A DNA stretch of 64,000 bases, taken from positions 4,928,001-4,992,000 of the forward strand of contig OZ253564.1 in NCBI GenBank assembly GCA_965262915.1, written 5' to 3'. Position numbers and translations under genes: made by a program. Shown in pieces: positions 30,396 through 40,683 of the stretch. The notes under the pieces are model-generated. The model made no database searches. It worked only from the letters and a program-made list of their open reading frames with translations, and had not been told where the DNA came from. Each line of letters opens with the position of its first letter. Position 1 is the first letter of the stretch. The DNA comes from Candidatus Spongiisociaceae bacterium (GTDB lineage Bacteria > Actinomycetota > Acidimicrobiia > Spongiisociales > Spongiisociaceae).

Positions 30396-31601
30396 ATGAG
30401 CGACTTGCTTGCCGCAGCCCGAGCGATCTTCCCCGAAACGGTGGACCTACGCCGCCGGCTCCATCGTTTTCCCGAGCGCGGCAACCACCTTCCGACGACC
30501 CGGACGGTCGTCCTCGACGCGCTGGATGGCTTACCGCTGGGGATCAACCTGCACGAGAGCACCTCCGGGGTGGCGGCGGTGCTTCGGGGTGACCGGCCGG
30601 GGCCGACCATCGTCCTGCGCGGCGATATGGACGCCCTGCCGGTTCAGGAGGACACCGGCCTCCCCTTCGCCAGCGAGCATCCCGGGTTCATGCATGCCTG
30701 CGGTCACGACCTGCACACGGCGATGCTGGTCGGAGCGGCCCGGATCCTGTCATCCATGAAGCAAGAACTGGCAGGCACGGTGATCTTCATGTTCCAGCCC
30801 GGCGAGGAGGGATTCTTCGGCGCCCGGCTCATGCTCGAGGAAGGCCTGCTCGACACCACCGAGGAAAGGCCCACCGGCGCCTTCGCCATGCATGTGACCA
30901 CCTGGTTCGCCTCCGGCACCATCCAGCACCGTCCGGGACCCCAGATGGCGGCAGCCGACGAAGTTCATATAACGGTGAGGGGGAAGGGCGGCCATGCATC
31001 GGCCCCCTACCTGTGCCACGATCCCATTCCGGTGGCGGCCGAGATCGTGCTGGCGGTCCAGATCGCGCTGACCCGCCGCATCAACGTCTTCCACCCGGGC
31101 GTGATCACGTTCGCCATGATCGAGGCAGGCACCACCCACAACGTGATCCCCGAGACCGCCCGTCTGGTGGGAACGGTCCGGGCGCTGTCCGATGACACCC
31201 GGGAAGAACTGCATGCCATCCTCCGGCGGGTGGCGAGCAACGTGGCCGCGGCCCACGGCGTGGAAGCCGACGTACAGATCGATATCGGTTACCCGGTGAC
31301 CGTCAACGATCCTTCCTACACGGCCTTCGTGGATACGATCGCCAAGCGGACGCTGGGAGATGACCTGGTCCGGCCGCTCAAGAATCCGTCGATGGGAGGT
31401 GAGGACTGGGCCTACGTGCTCAGAGAGGTTCCGGGAATGATGTCCTACCTCGGCGCATGCCTACCGGGCCAGGTTCCCGGGAAGGCTCCGGGAAACCACT
31501 CCAACCGGGTGGTGTTCCACGAGGAGTCGATGGTGGCGGGGATGGCCCTGCATGCCGCAGTGGCGATGGCTCACGGCAGGGACGAGTTCGCCACCGGATG
31601 A
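30396..31601 (+). CDS. M20 family amidohydrolase (hippurate hydrolase-like)
   Basis: RGDMDALP, MHACGHDLH, FQPGEEG, GGHAS and GGED. Confidence 0.92.
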   Translation: MSDLLAAARAIFPETVDLRRRLHRFPERGNHLPTTRTVVLDALDGLPLGINLHESTSGVAAVLRGDRPGPTIVLRGDMDALPVQEDTGLPFASEHPGFMHACGHDLHTAMLVGAARILSSMKQELAGTVIFMFQPGEEGFFGARLMLEEGLLDTTEERPTGAFAMHVTTWFASGTIQHRPGPQMAAADEVHITVRGKGGHASAPYLCHDPIPVAAEIVLAVQIALTRRINVFHPGVITFAMIEAGTTHNVIPETARLVGTVRALSDDTREELHAILRRVASNVAAAHGVEADVQIDIGYPVTVNDPSYTAFVDTIAKRTLGDDLVRPLKNPSMGGEDWAYVLREVPGMMSYLGACLPGQVPGKAPGNHSNRVVFHEESMVAGMALHAAVAMAHGRDEFATG

Positions 31602-31703
31602 CCGAATCCGCAGTCGTTACCCAACATCGATATAAATATACCTTACTATCTATCGTATCCCTCTACTCACCTTAATCGACAAGGCTAAGTTGTCTTGAGC
31701 TAC

Positions 31704-31859
31704 ATGATCGACGTCGCCATCGTCGAATTGCGGAATGAGATGAACCACAGGTTCGACAGAATGGACCAGAGGATCGACGGGCTGGGCGGCGTGGAGGTGC
31801 AGGTCGCGACCCTGGCCGGTCCCGCCCCGCCAGTCCCCGTCGGGACGAGCGACCGGTAA
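31704..31859 (+). CDS. Small coiled-coil peptide or remnant (51 aa), below the ORF-track cutoff
   Basis: MIDVAIVELRNEMNHRFDRMDQRIDGL...; AT-rich upstream region. Confidence 0.35.
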   Translation: MIDVAIVELRNEMNHRFDRMDQRIDGLGGVEVQVATLAGPAPPVPVGTSDR

Positions 31860-31971
31860 CCCCCGATCGTCGCCCACACCGGGACCCTCGAGGCGAGTCC
31901 ACCACGTTGAGCCGGCAGCCGCGAACCGCTCCCGAGTTCCCGGAACTCCGGCAACGCCGTACCCTTGCCCA

Positions 31972-33837
31972 TTGATGACCAGCAACGCGATTCTCGACGA
32001 GGCGCGCCAGCCCGAGCACCGGATCCTGGGCCGTGGCGCCGAGCTCATCCTCCGTCAGCTCCGCCGGGCGCCCCGGGAGTTCGGCGTCGGACTGGCCGCC
32101 ACCAGCCTTTACGCGGTGGCCACGATCGTCTCCTCCTATGTGATCGGCTGGGCCACCGACTCGGTCTTGCTTCCCTCCGCCCAGCGAGGGGAACTCACGA
32201 CCGCGTCCCTGGTAGCGCTTACCCTCGTGGTGGTGGGGGTGGGCGTGGCCAAAGGAATCGGGATCAGCCTGCGCCGCTACGGGGCCTACCGGGCGCAATA
32301 CCGGCTGGAGCAGCGGGACCGGGTCGATGTCACCGACCACTACCTCGATCTACCGATCGAATGGCACCGCCGGCACCCGACCGGTCAGCTCCTGTCCAAC
32401 GTCAACGCCGACGTGGAAGCGGCCTCCCAGATCGCCGCTCCCCTACCCATGGCCTTCGGGGTGGTGGTGATGCTGGCCATCATGTCGGTGCTTATGGTGG
32501 TGACCGATCCGTTTCTGGCGCTGGTCGGATTCTCGATCATGCCGGCCATCATGGTCAACAACCTCTTCTACCAGCGGAAGATGCGGATCGCCGCCGCCGC
32601 CGCTCAGCGGATCAGGGCAGAGGTGGCAGAGGTAGCCCACGAATCGTTCGATGCGGCGCTGGTGGTGAAGACCCTGGGCCGGGAGGAAACCGAGGCCAGC
32701 CGGTTCGGCGCCCTGTCGGACAACCTTCGCTACAGCATGGTGGAACTGGGCAAGCTCAGGGCCGTCTTCGACCCGATAATGGAAGCCCTGCCCACCATCG
32801 GTGTGCTGGCGGTGGTGGGGGTAGGCGCGTGGCGGGTCGACCAAGGTGTGATGACCGCCGGAACCCTGGTCACCTTCGCATACCTCTTCCGCCTCATCGC
32901 CCTGCCCATGAGGGTGTTCGCCTGGTTGCTCGGGCAGCTTCCCACCGCAGTGGTAGGTCTTAACCGTATAGAGGCGGTTCTGTCCGAGCGAGGGACGGTG
33001 GCCTACGGCCCGCAACACGTTCCGGGACGCGGCGCCGTGGAGGCGGAAGCCCGGAATGCTTCCTACCTCCATCCGGAAGCATCACTCGCCGACCTCGACG
33101 GTGAGCACAGCCGGCCCGAATCCCCGCCACTCGAAGGCCATGACCCAACCGACGACGACCGGCGAGGTGTCGAGTCGATCTCCTTCAAGACCCCGCCGGG
33201 CCATACGGTGGCCCTCGTGGGCCCTACCGGGTCGGGCAAGTCGACCGTGGCCCAGCTGCTGGTTCGCCTGTTCGATCCCGACTCCGGCTCCATCCGACTC
33301 GACGGAACCCCCCTTCCCGATCTGTCCCGGCCTGTCATGGGGAGTTCCGTAGACCTGGTATTCCAGGAGCCCTTCCTGTTCAATACCACGGTTCGGGAAA
33401 ACATCACCCTTGGCGGCGGCTACGCAGAGGACGAGATCCTGACCGCCACCCGGCTGGCTCAAGCTCACGAGTTCATAACCGAGTTGCCCGAGGGTTACTC
33501 GACCGTGCTCGGGGAGCGAGGCGCCAACCTGTCCGGAGGTCAGCGGCAGCGGGTCGCGCTGGCGCGGGCGCTGGTCCGCCGACCCCGGCTTCTGGTGCTG
33601 GACGATGCCACTTCCGCAGTGGATCCGGCGGTCGAGAGGGCCATCTTCGACGGCCTGACGACTCTGGATACCACCGTGATCATGGTGGCCTACCGCCGAG
33701 CCTCGATCATGCCGGCCGACGAGGTCATCTTCATAGAGGAGGGCCGCATCACCGGTCGGGGAGCCCACGACGAGCTGTACGAGACACTCCCCGCCTATGC
33801 GGCTCTCATCGACGCCTACGAGGTGGACGGGCAATGA
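31972..33837 (+). CDS. ABC exporter, fused permease/ATPase
   Basis: TM domain; GPTGSGKS, LSGGQRQR and LDDATS. Confidence 0.92.
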   Translation: MMTSNAILDEARQPEHRILGRGAELILRQLRRAPREFGVGLAATSLYAVATIVSSYVIGWATDSVLLPSAQRGELTTASLVALTLVVVGVGVAKGIGISLRRYGAYRAQYRLEQRDRVDVTDHYLDLPIEWHRRHPTGQLLSNVNADVEAASQIAAPLPMAFGVVVMLAIMSVLMVVTDPFLALVGFSIMPAIMVNNLFYQRKMRIAAAAAQRIRAEVAEVAHESFDAALVVKTLGREETEASRFGALSDNLRYSMVELGKLRAVFDPIMEALPTIGVLAVVGVGAWRVDQGVMTAGTLVTFAYLFRLIALPMRVFAWLLGQLPTAVVGLNRIEAVLSERGTVAYGPQHVPGRGAVEAEARNASYLHPEASLADLDGEHSRPESPPLEGHDPTDDDRRGVESISFKTPPGHTVALVGPTGSGKSTVAQLLVRLFDPDSGSIRLDGTPLPDLSRPVMGSSVDLVFQEPFLFNTTVRENITLGGGYAEDEILTATRLAQAHEFITELPEGYSTVLGERGANLSGGQRQRVALARALVRRPRLLVLDDATSAVDPAVERAIFDGLTTLDTTVIMVAYRRASIMPADEVIFIEEGRITGRGAHDELYETLPAYAALIDAYEVDGQ

Positions 33838-35672
33838 CGGTGTCAAGGCACGCCGGAGTGAGCCTGGACCGGTCCGATGTCGGGGCGTGGGAGACCGTCA
33901 AGCGGGGCCTGAGGCTGTCGCCCGAACTCCGCCGGGGCATAGGCGTCAGCCTGGTACTCGCCCTGCTTGCCACGGCGGGTCGGGTAATCATCCCGGTGGC
34001 TATTCAACAAGTCCTGGACGGGGGCCTGACCGGAACCAGTGTCGACATGGGTTTCGTGGGGCGAATGATCGGGTTGTCGGTACTGGCCGTGCTGATCACC
34101 GCGGTGGCAACGGGGCTGATGCACCTTCGCCTGGCCCGCGTGTCGGAGGCGGCGCTGTCCGGCCTCCGGATCAGGGCCTTCCGCCACATCCACGACCTGT
34201 CGATGCTCCACCAGGCTTCGGAGCAGCGGGGCGTCCTGGTATCCAGAGTGACCTCCGACGTGGACCAGATCAGCCGCTTCATGCAGTGGGCGGGTCTGAT
34301 GATCATCGTCAATGCCGGCCAAGCCCTCCTCTCCATGGTGGTGATGGCCGTGTACTCGTGGCAGCTGTTCCTCACCGTTATGGCTGTCCTACCGGTGATC
34401 CTCTTCGTAATCCGCTGGTTTCAGTCCAGGCTGGCCGACGCCTACCTGATCGTCAGGGAGAAGGTGGGGAAGTTGCTCGGCGCCCTGGCCGAGGTGGTGG
34501 TCGGCGCTCCGGTGATCCGGGCTTACGGGATCGAGGAGCGAGTGCGGGCCGATCTGAGCCGGGCCATCGAGGACCACCGGTCGTCTGCCTCCCGGGCCGG
34601 CGGCATCTCGTCCGGTTTCTCCGGCGTCAGCGAGGTCCTCACATCAGCCGTCACCGCCGCCGTACTGGTTGTGGGCGCCGCGCTGACCGTCGGAGACGAC
34701 ACGTCGATCGGCACCGTGGTCGCTTTCCTATTCCTGGTACAGCTGTTCATATTGCCCATCCAGCTCTTCGGCGAAGCTGTCAACGAAGCCCAGTCCGCGG
34801 TGGCCGGATGGCGAAGGGTTCTCGACGTTCTGGACATACCCCCCGACGTAGCCGATCCGGGAGAGACCGGAGTGGACCTCCCCCGCGGTTCGTTCGGGGT
34901 CCGGTTCGAGAACGTGTCTTTCCGCTACCCGTTATCGGGTGAGAGGGCCCGCGAAGCCACCGGGGTGATGGCGATCGGAAGAGTCACCGTGCAACTCGAT
35001 CCGCGTACCCATGTTGCGGTGGTCGGGGAAACCGGGTCCGGCAAGACCACTTTCGCCAAACTGGCCACGCGGCTCATGGACCCCACGTCGGGGCGAGTGG
35101 TGCTGGGAAACGTGGATGTCTCGCGGGTCCGGTTCGGATCCCTGCGGGACCGGGTGGTCATGGTGCCCCAGGATGGCATGCTGTTCCGCGGCTCGATACT
35201 CGACAACGTCCGGATGGGCAAACCCCACGCCACCATGGCCGAGGTTGAGAAGGCCTTCGCTCGGCTCGGACTGCACGGCTGGCTGGCAGAGCTGGGACAG
35301 GGACTCGACACGCAAGTGGGAGAGCGGGGATCGGCCCTCTCGGTCGGCGAGCGTCAACTGGTCACCCTGGTGAGGGCGGCGATTGCCGATCCCGACCTGC
35401 TGGTTCTGGACGAGGCCACATCCGCGGTGGACCCGGCCACCGAGGTGCGTATCTCCAGGGCACTGGGCGAGCTCACCGCCGGACGCACCGTGGTCACCAT
35501 CGCCCACCGGCTGTCCACGGCCGAAGTTGCAGACCGGGTGCTCGTGTTCGATGCGGGCCGGGTGGTCCAGGACGGCCCCCACCGGCGGTTGATCGCCGAG
35601 GGAGGCGCGTATGGACGGCTTCACGAGGCCTGGGAGAGGGGAACCTCCGAACGGGCAGTCGGGTCGGGATAG
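33834..35672 (+). CDS. ABC exporter, fused permease/ATPase (heterodimer partner)
   Basis: GETGSGKTT, LSVGERQ, LDEATS and IAHRLST. Confidence 0.92.
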   Translation: MTVSRHAGVSLDRSDVGAWETVKRGLRLSPELRRGIGVSLVLALLATAGRVIIPVAIQQVLDGGLTGTSVDMGFVGRMIGLSVLAVLITAVATGLMHLRLARVSEAALSGLRIRAFRHIHDLSMLHQASEQRGVLVSRVTSDVDQISRFMQWAGLMIIVNAGQALLSMVVMAVYSWQLFLTVMAVLPVILFVIRWFQSRLADAYLIVREKVGKLLGALAEVVVGAPVIRAYGIEERVRADLSRAIEDHRSSASRAGGISSGFSGVSEVLTSAVTAAVLVVGAALTVGDDTSIGTVVAFLFLVQLFILPIQLFGEAVNEAQSAVAGWRRVLDVLDIPPDVADPGETGVDLPRGSFGVRFENVSFRYPLSGERAREATGVMAIGRVTVQLDPRTHVAVVGETGSGKTTFAKLATRLMDPTSGRVVLGNVDVSRVRFGSLRDRVVMVPQDGMLFRGSILDNVRMGKPHATMAEVEKAFARLGLHGWLAELGQGLDTQVGERGSALSVGERQLVTLVRAAIADPDLLVLDEATSAVDPATEVRISRALGELTAGRTVVTIAHRLSTAEVADRVLVFDAGRVVQDGPHRRLIAEGGAYGRLHEAWERGTSERAVGSG

Positions 35673-35714
35673 GCACGACGGTTTTATCCACCACCCGGGC
35701 AGCCCCCTACGGCG

Positions 35715-36329
35715 TCACATACGCTTGCTCAGATCGACGGGAACCTGATACCGGGGACCGCCAATCGGTTGACCCGGCGCAGGCGGCCCCAGGAAGGTCA
35801 CGCTCTCGTAGAAGTCGTCCAGCGCGATGAACCGACCGTTTCGCTCCGCCCACTGCCTCATCCGGGTGTTGCAACTGTGACGCCAGGATATGACCTCGAT
35901 GTCCCAGCCTCGACTGTGCATACGCTCCAGGTCAGCATGAAAACCAACACCGCCATCGAAGCCCGCACCGTCGCCGGTGAGCAGGACCGCAATACCGGGA
36001 TCTCCGTTGTAGTCGTACCCGTCGCGCAGCATCGCATTTGACAAAGTCTGGTCCACGCCCTGTTCTCGCCCATGCGTCGTGCCGCGTTCCAATAGATGAA
36101 CGGAGACACCCTCGCCCTCCAGCCGGTTCCAGACGTGCCGCAACTCCGGCGGAATGGAACCTACCGCCACCGCGTGTTCGATCTGTCGTCCCGCGCGTGC
36201 CAACTCGAGCAGGTTCCGGAAGTCGATACGAACCCGGTATCGGGCAGCTGCGCCTTCCCTCTCAACCGCAACATGCTGCGCGCTGATGAAGATGTTGGAG
36301 TTGTCCCAGTAGAGGAACACTCTGTCCAT
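35715..36329 (-). CDS. NYN domain protein (second, different subfamily)
   Basis: YWDNSNIF, EQGVD and LLTGDG. Confidence 0.8.
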   Translation of the reverse strand: MDRVFLYWDNSNIFISAQHVAVEREGAAARYRVRIDFRNLLELARAGRQIEHAVAVGSIPPELRHVWNRLEGEGVSVHLLERGTTHGREQGVDQTLSNAMLRDGYDYNGDPGIAVLLTGDGAGFDGGVGFHADLERMHSRGWDIEVISWRHSCNTRMRQWAERNGRFIALDDFYESVTFLGPPAPGQPIGGPRYQVPVDLSKRM

Positions 36330-36520
36330 GACGACCTCCGTGGCCAATCGATGCCAAATAGCGACTCAACCGACCATCGGTCCAATGCCGGCCGGGCGGC
36401 CCACCTGGGATATCAACAAGCCGAAGTCCTTACTCGTTCCGGTTGTTGCGCTCAGGAAGCGAATCCGATTCTGCAGCTAGCCGGTCGGTACTCTCGGCGC
36501 TCTCGGTCCGGGAGCCGAGG

Positions 36521-37282
36521 CTACTTGGGTCCCATCCTGATGCCGCCGTCCATGCGGATCGTCTCCCCGTTCATGTACGCGTGAGTAACGAGGAACAATA
36601 CTATATCAGCGTACTCGTCGGGTCGGCCCAGACGCTTGGGATGGAGGACCTGCATGCCGAGCGACGCCTTGGCGGGCTCGGGCAGACCGGCCAGCAAGGG
36701 GGTGTCGATGATCCCGGGGGCGACGGTGCTGACCCGGATGCCGAGAACCGAGAGGTCGCGGGCGATCGGCAGCGTCATGCCCACGATCCCGCCCTTGGAG
36801 GCCGAGTATGCGGCCTGGCCGATCTGGCCGTCGTAGGCGGCCACCGAGGACGTGTTGATGATGGCGCCCCTATCGTTGTTCTCGTCAGGCTGGTTCCCCA
36901 TCATCGCGGACGCCGCGACGCGGATCGTGTTGAAGGTCCCCACCAGGTTGATCTCGATCACCTTGCGGAACAGGGCCAGGGAATGCGGGGTCCCGTCCCG
37001 GGCGAGAGTCCGGCACGGCGGCCCGATCCCCGCGCAGTTCACAACCACCCGTATCTCGCCCAACTGCGCGGCCGCGTCCACCCCGGCCACCACATCGTCC
37101 TCCCTGGTCACGTCACAGTGGGCGAAGACGCCCCCCAGTTCGTCGGCAACCGCCTCACCCAGATCGTCGTTGATGTCGAGGATCGCCGCTTTCATGCCGG
37201 CACCGGCCAACTTTCGGGCGGCGGCCGCCCCGAGTCCCGATGCTCCGCCGGTCACAACCGCCACAGCTCCGTTGAGGTCCAT
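36521..37282 (-). CDS. SDR family 3-hydroxyacyl-CoA dehydrogenase
   Basis: TGGASGLG, NCAGI and GQIGQAAYSASKGG. Confidence 0.92.
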   Translation of the reverse strand: MDLNGAVAVVTGGASGLGAAAARKLAGAGMKAAILDINDDLGEAVADELGGVFAHCDVTREDDVVAGVDAAAQLGEIRVVVNCAGIGPPCRTLARDGTPHSLALFRKVIEINLVGTFNTIRVAASAMMGNQPDENNDRGAIINTSSVAAYDGQIGQAAYSASKGGIVGMTLPIARDLSVLGIRVSTVAPGIIDTPLLAGLPEPAKASLGMQVLHPKRLGRPDEYADIVLFLVTHAYMNGETIRMDGGIRMGPK

Positions 37283-37421
37283 ACCTTCCTTACCTTTCTT
37301 TCCTTAACTCGACCGACGCTACCCGCCCGGAAGCTCATACCAGAACCCGGCTCCGAATTCTTTCGCGGTCACGGCCACGAGGATGGAGTGAGCACCCGGT
37401 ATCGAGCAGGTCGATGCCATC

Positions 37422-38531
37422 ATGGTCATCGCGCCAGGACAGCTATCGGAGGAGGGATGGGTGCCGACGCGGAGCGCCAAGCCAAACCAGAGTAACCGAT
37501 CCCACTCCCCGGACCCTCGTGCCGGTGATCGGCCGTCCTCCCGTACCGTTATCTATACCGACGGAGCCTGTTCCGGCAATCCCGGCCCGGGCGGATGGGC
37601 CTGGGTGATCCCGGGCGGGCGCTACCGGAGTGGGGCGGAGCGGCACACCACGAACCAGCGTATGGAACTGGCGGCCGCGCTAGACGCGGTGAGAACCGTC
37701 GAGGGTGCTCTGGAAATCGTCAGCGATTCGACCTACGTGGTGAACTGCTTCCGGCAGCGCTGGTGGGAGGGCTGGCTCAGCCGAGGCTGGGTGAACTCCA
37801 AGAAGCAGCCCGTGGCGAACCGCGACCTGTGGGAACCGCTGGTGGAGATATACCGCGCCCGATCGATCACCTTCCGGTGGGTGAAGGGACACGCGGGCAA
37901 CAAGTGGAACGACGCCGCCGATCGGCTGGCGGTGGAGGCGTCGCTGACCCAGCGAGGGACCGATGGAGAAGGCCCTCCGCCTGCAGAGCCGATCGCATCC
38001 GCCCGGCGGGACGGTTCCCACCAGCAAGGTCGTCCGGAACGGCCGCATTCCAAACCCCCCGAGGAGGACCTCCCACCCGGACACACCGTGGTGTACACCG
38101 ACGGGGACACCCCGGGCCACTCGGGCCCGGGCGGATGGGCCTGGATGGTGCCGGGACGGCGTTACCGGAGCGGAGCCGAGGAGCGCACCACCACCCGCCG
38201 CATGGAGTTGACGGCCGCCCTCGACGCGGTGCGGGAACTCGAAGGCGCCTTGGAGGTCGTGAGCGACTCGACCTACGTGGTGAACTGCTTCCGGAACCGC
38301 TGGTGGGAAGCCTGGCTCAGGCGGGACTGGGCGAACTCGAAGGGCAAGCCGGTGGCGAACCGCGACCTGTGGGAACCGCTCATCGAGATGTACCGGGCCA
38401 GACCGATCGGCTTCCGGCTGGCGGGACCGGAGGACGACCAGTGGACCGGCGCCACCGGATGGCTGGCCACCGAGGCGGCCCGGACCCAGCAGGGAGCCCG
38501 GGGAGAGGTGCCACAACCCCCTGCGTGGTAA
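37422..38531 (+). CDS. rnhA: Ribonuclease HI with two tandem RNase H domains
   Basis: YTDGACSGNPGPGGW, TTNQRMEL, SDSTY, NRDLW, WVKGHAG..N..AD; the second copy lacks the KGH..N..D end. Confidence 0.85.
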   Translation: MVIAPGQLSEEGWVPTRSAKPNQSNRSHSPDPRAGDRPSSRTVIYTDGACSGNPGPGGWAWVIPGGRYRSGAERHTTNQRMELAAALDAVRTVEGALEIVSDSTYVVNCFRQRWWEGWLSRGWVNSKKQPVANRDLWEPLVEIYRARSITFRWVKGHAGNKWNDAADRLAVEASLTQRGTDGEGPPPAEPIASARRDGSHQQGRPERPHSKPPEEDLPPGHTVVYTDGDTPGHSGPGGWAWMVPGRRYRSGAEERTTTRRMELTAALDAVRELEGALEVVSDSTYVVNCFRNRWWEAWLRRDWANSKGKPVANRDLWEPLIEMYRARPIGFRLAGPEDDQWTGATGWLATEAARTQQGARGEVPQPPAW

Positions 38532-38553
38532 GGAGGGCCACTCCGGTGCCGGG

Positions 38554-39237
38554 CTACGTACCGGCGACGGCCATCTCCCGGCGGAACTTCTTCCAGTCCG
38601 ACACCTTGGTGGACCAGAGGACATCGGTGACGATCGACCCCACGCCCACCGCCACCACCAGGAGAGTGGCCCACAGGGGTACTCCTGCGGCCAAGGCCGC
38701 CGGGACGAGGGCGAAAGGAACGAGTTTGCTCACGATGGCCCCCGAGGCATGCATCCAGGCTCTCCTCCTCGGGTCGGCGGCAAGGTACGTGGCGTAGTCG
38801 GTCTTCACGCCCGGCTGGGGGCGGCGCAGCGTGCCGACGAACCAATGGGTGAAGCGGATCCCGGCCAGCCGGCCCACCGCCAGGTGCGCCAGCCCGTGGG
38901 TGGCCACGAGGACGGCGCCCATCCCCGCCAGGAGCAGTACGCCGTTCCACGGCTCCTCGGTGTAGTAGGCGAGACCCACCAGAACCAGTCCTACCGCCGT
39001 GCCGAGGACCGCCGCCGCGGTGCCCAACCCGACCGGGATGGTGAGCAGCGCCCACCGCTCGAACGCCTCACGGTCGATGGCGGCGATCCGCCCGCCCGAC
39101 TCCTCCACCAACCCCGGAGCCCGCTTGACGGCCTCCACCGCCGCCCAGAAACCGGATCCCGCGAGCCCGGCGGCGGGATCACCGGCCAACCTCGCCTCGA
39201 CAGCGTCGAGTATCCTGCCGACCTCGTCCCGATCCAT
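38554..39237 (-). CDS. Hypothetical membrane protein
   Basis: Several TM helices, HGLAH motif; ATG after GAGG-type RBS. Confidence 0.65.
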   Translation of the reverse strand: MDRDEVGRILDAVEARLAGDPAAGLAGSGFWAAVEAVKRAPGLVEESGGRIAAIDREAFERWALLTIPVGLGTAAAVLGTAVGLVLVGLAYYTEEPWNGVLLLAGMGAVLVATHGLAHLAVGRLAGIRFTHWFVGTLRRPQPGVKTDYATYLAADPRRRAWMHASGAIVSKLVPFALVPAALAAGVPLWATLLVVAVGVGSIVTDVLWSTKVSDWKKFRREMAVAGT

Positions 39238-40197
39238 CCCGCCTCTCCCGTTCCGCCTCTCCAATCCTACTGTGAGCCGATTCCTAGCAGAGTGCCCGAC
39301 ACCCCGGGCCGCTCCCGGCTCGCCGTACACCTCCAGGAGAATGCTGAAAAACGGGTAAACGGTTGGCCCATCGTCCGCTGACATGGCATTTTGTCATCGA
39401 CCGTCGGGCGAACGGGGAGGTCTCGGCACTCTCCTAATGGGGGTCCACCACTTCTAGGAGCAAGGCTGAACACGTTCCGAGCCAGGTGGTGGTGGCGGGG
39501 GCGGGACCCGCCGGTAAACCGGCGGCCGCGGTTGTGGCGAACTCGGGGGCATGTCCCACCTTTTCCGTTCACAGAGGTCGGGTGCCGACACTTCCCAACG
39601 GGTGGAGCCGAGTGCTCGGCTGGGATCCGCAGGAATGATGCAGACCGCCGATGTGGTGGGAGGAAACAGCTGTAACACGTGGTTTATAATAGATCTTCGA
39701 TATGAAACAATTAGAACTAGCGTATACCCATGCTATAGATGGGTCAACTTAGTTCAAGAGATTCAAATCGGGACAGTCTATTGTAGTAAGTATCAATATC
39801 CAGTGTATATATTCCAAGAATGTGACCGGAGTATGAGGATGGAATGGTTTGTTGAAAGTTTGAGGGTGGGACTGGCCGGAGATGGTGGGAAGCGGTATCG
39901 GGTCTCCGCGTCCAGGGGTACCGGATTCCTCCCCGCCGTCCGCCGGTGGGGATCAGTCGATGCAAGAGGTATTCCCGCGGTGCGTGTCGGCATATTTCGG
40001 ACAGGGAGACGGTCCGCAGAGGATGGAGGGAGGATGGAGATTCGCCATATCAATCCACGCCTAGGCCAGGATCACGAATAGCAACAGAGGATGCTATATC
40101 GGTATTGACACCGGTTATCGGCAGACCGGGTACCGGGACGATGCCAGACGACACGGGTGCCGCGCCCGGCCCGGATGCCTGTCCGCTGACCTTCCTG

Positions 40198-40683
40198 TTA
40201 CACGGGCGGTGGGACCGACTCGGGCTTTGCAAAGACGGTCTGTGTGACGTCGCTGAGCATCGTGAAAGTCCTGATCACGTCTTCAAGCTGTTCCGTATCC
40301 AGCAACTCTGCTATCTGCAGGATTCGCTCCCGACCGATGCCCCAAAAACGTTCCATGGTCTCCTGCCCCAGGGCAGTCGAGTCGCATTTGACCACTCTAC
40401 GGTCGTCTGGATCCGAGAGTCGCTCCACGAACCCCTTATCCACCAAGCGGTCTACGACGCCGGTGGTGGCCGAGAGGGTACTCCCCAAGTAGCCGGCAAT
40501 GTTGCTCATCCGCATCGGCCCCAGACATAGCAGCATGGCCAGGGTCCTAACCTGGGGGAAGGTCAAGCCCAGCCCTTTCCACTGCTCCAAGGGGCCGCCG
40601 TGCAGTTTGCCGTTCAGGTGCTCGGTCAACTCAATGACCTGCTCGATCAGTTCTTTCTTGTATTCGGTTCCCGCATGCTCCAA
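40198..40683 (-). CDS. MarR family transcriptional regulator
   Basis: LTFPQVRTL, TGVVDRLVDKGFVER..DPDDRR. Confidence 0.88.
   Translation of the reverse strand: MEHAGTEYKKELIEQVIELTEHLNGKLHGGPLEQWKGLGLTFPQVRTLAMLLCLGPMRMSNIAGYLGSTLSATTGVVDRLVDKGFVERLSDPDDRRVVKCDSTALGQETMERFWGIGRERILQIAELLDTEQLEDVIRTFTMLSDVTQTVFAKPESVPPPV

Noticed and set aside
36330-36520. sRNA unit upstream of the second NYN gene
   Set aside because: No TTGACA/-10 pair or terminator comparable to 6-108 was seen; this NYN is a different subfamily.
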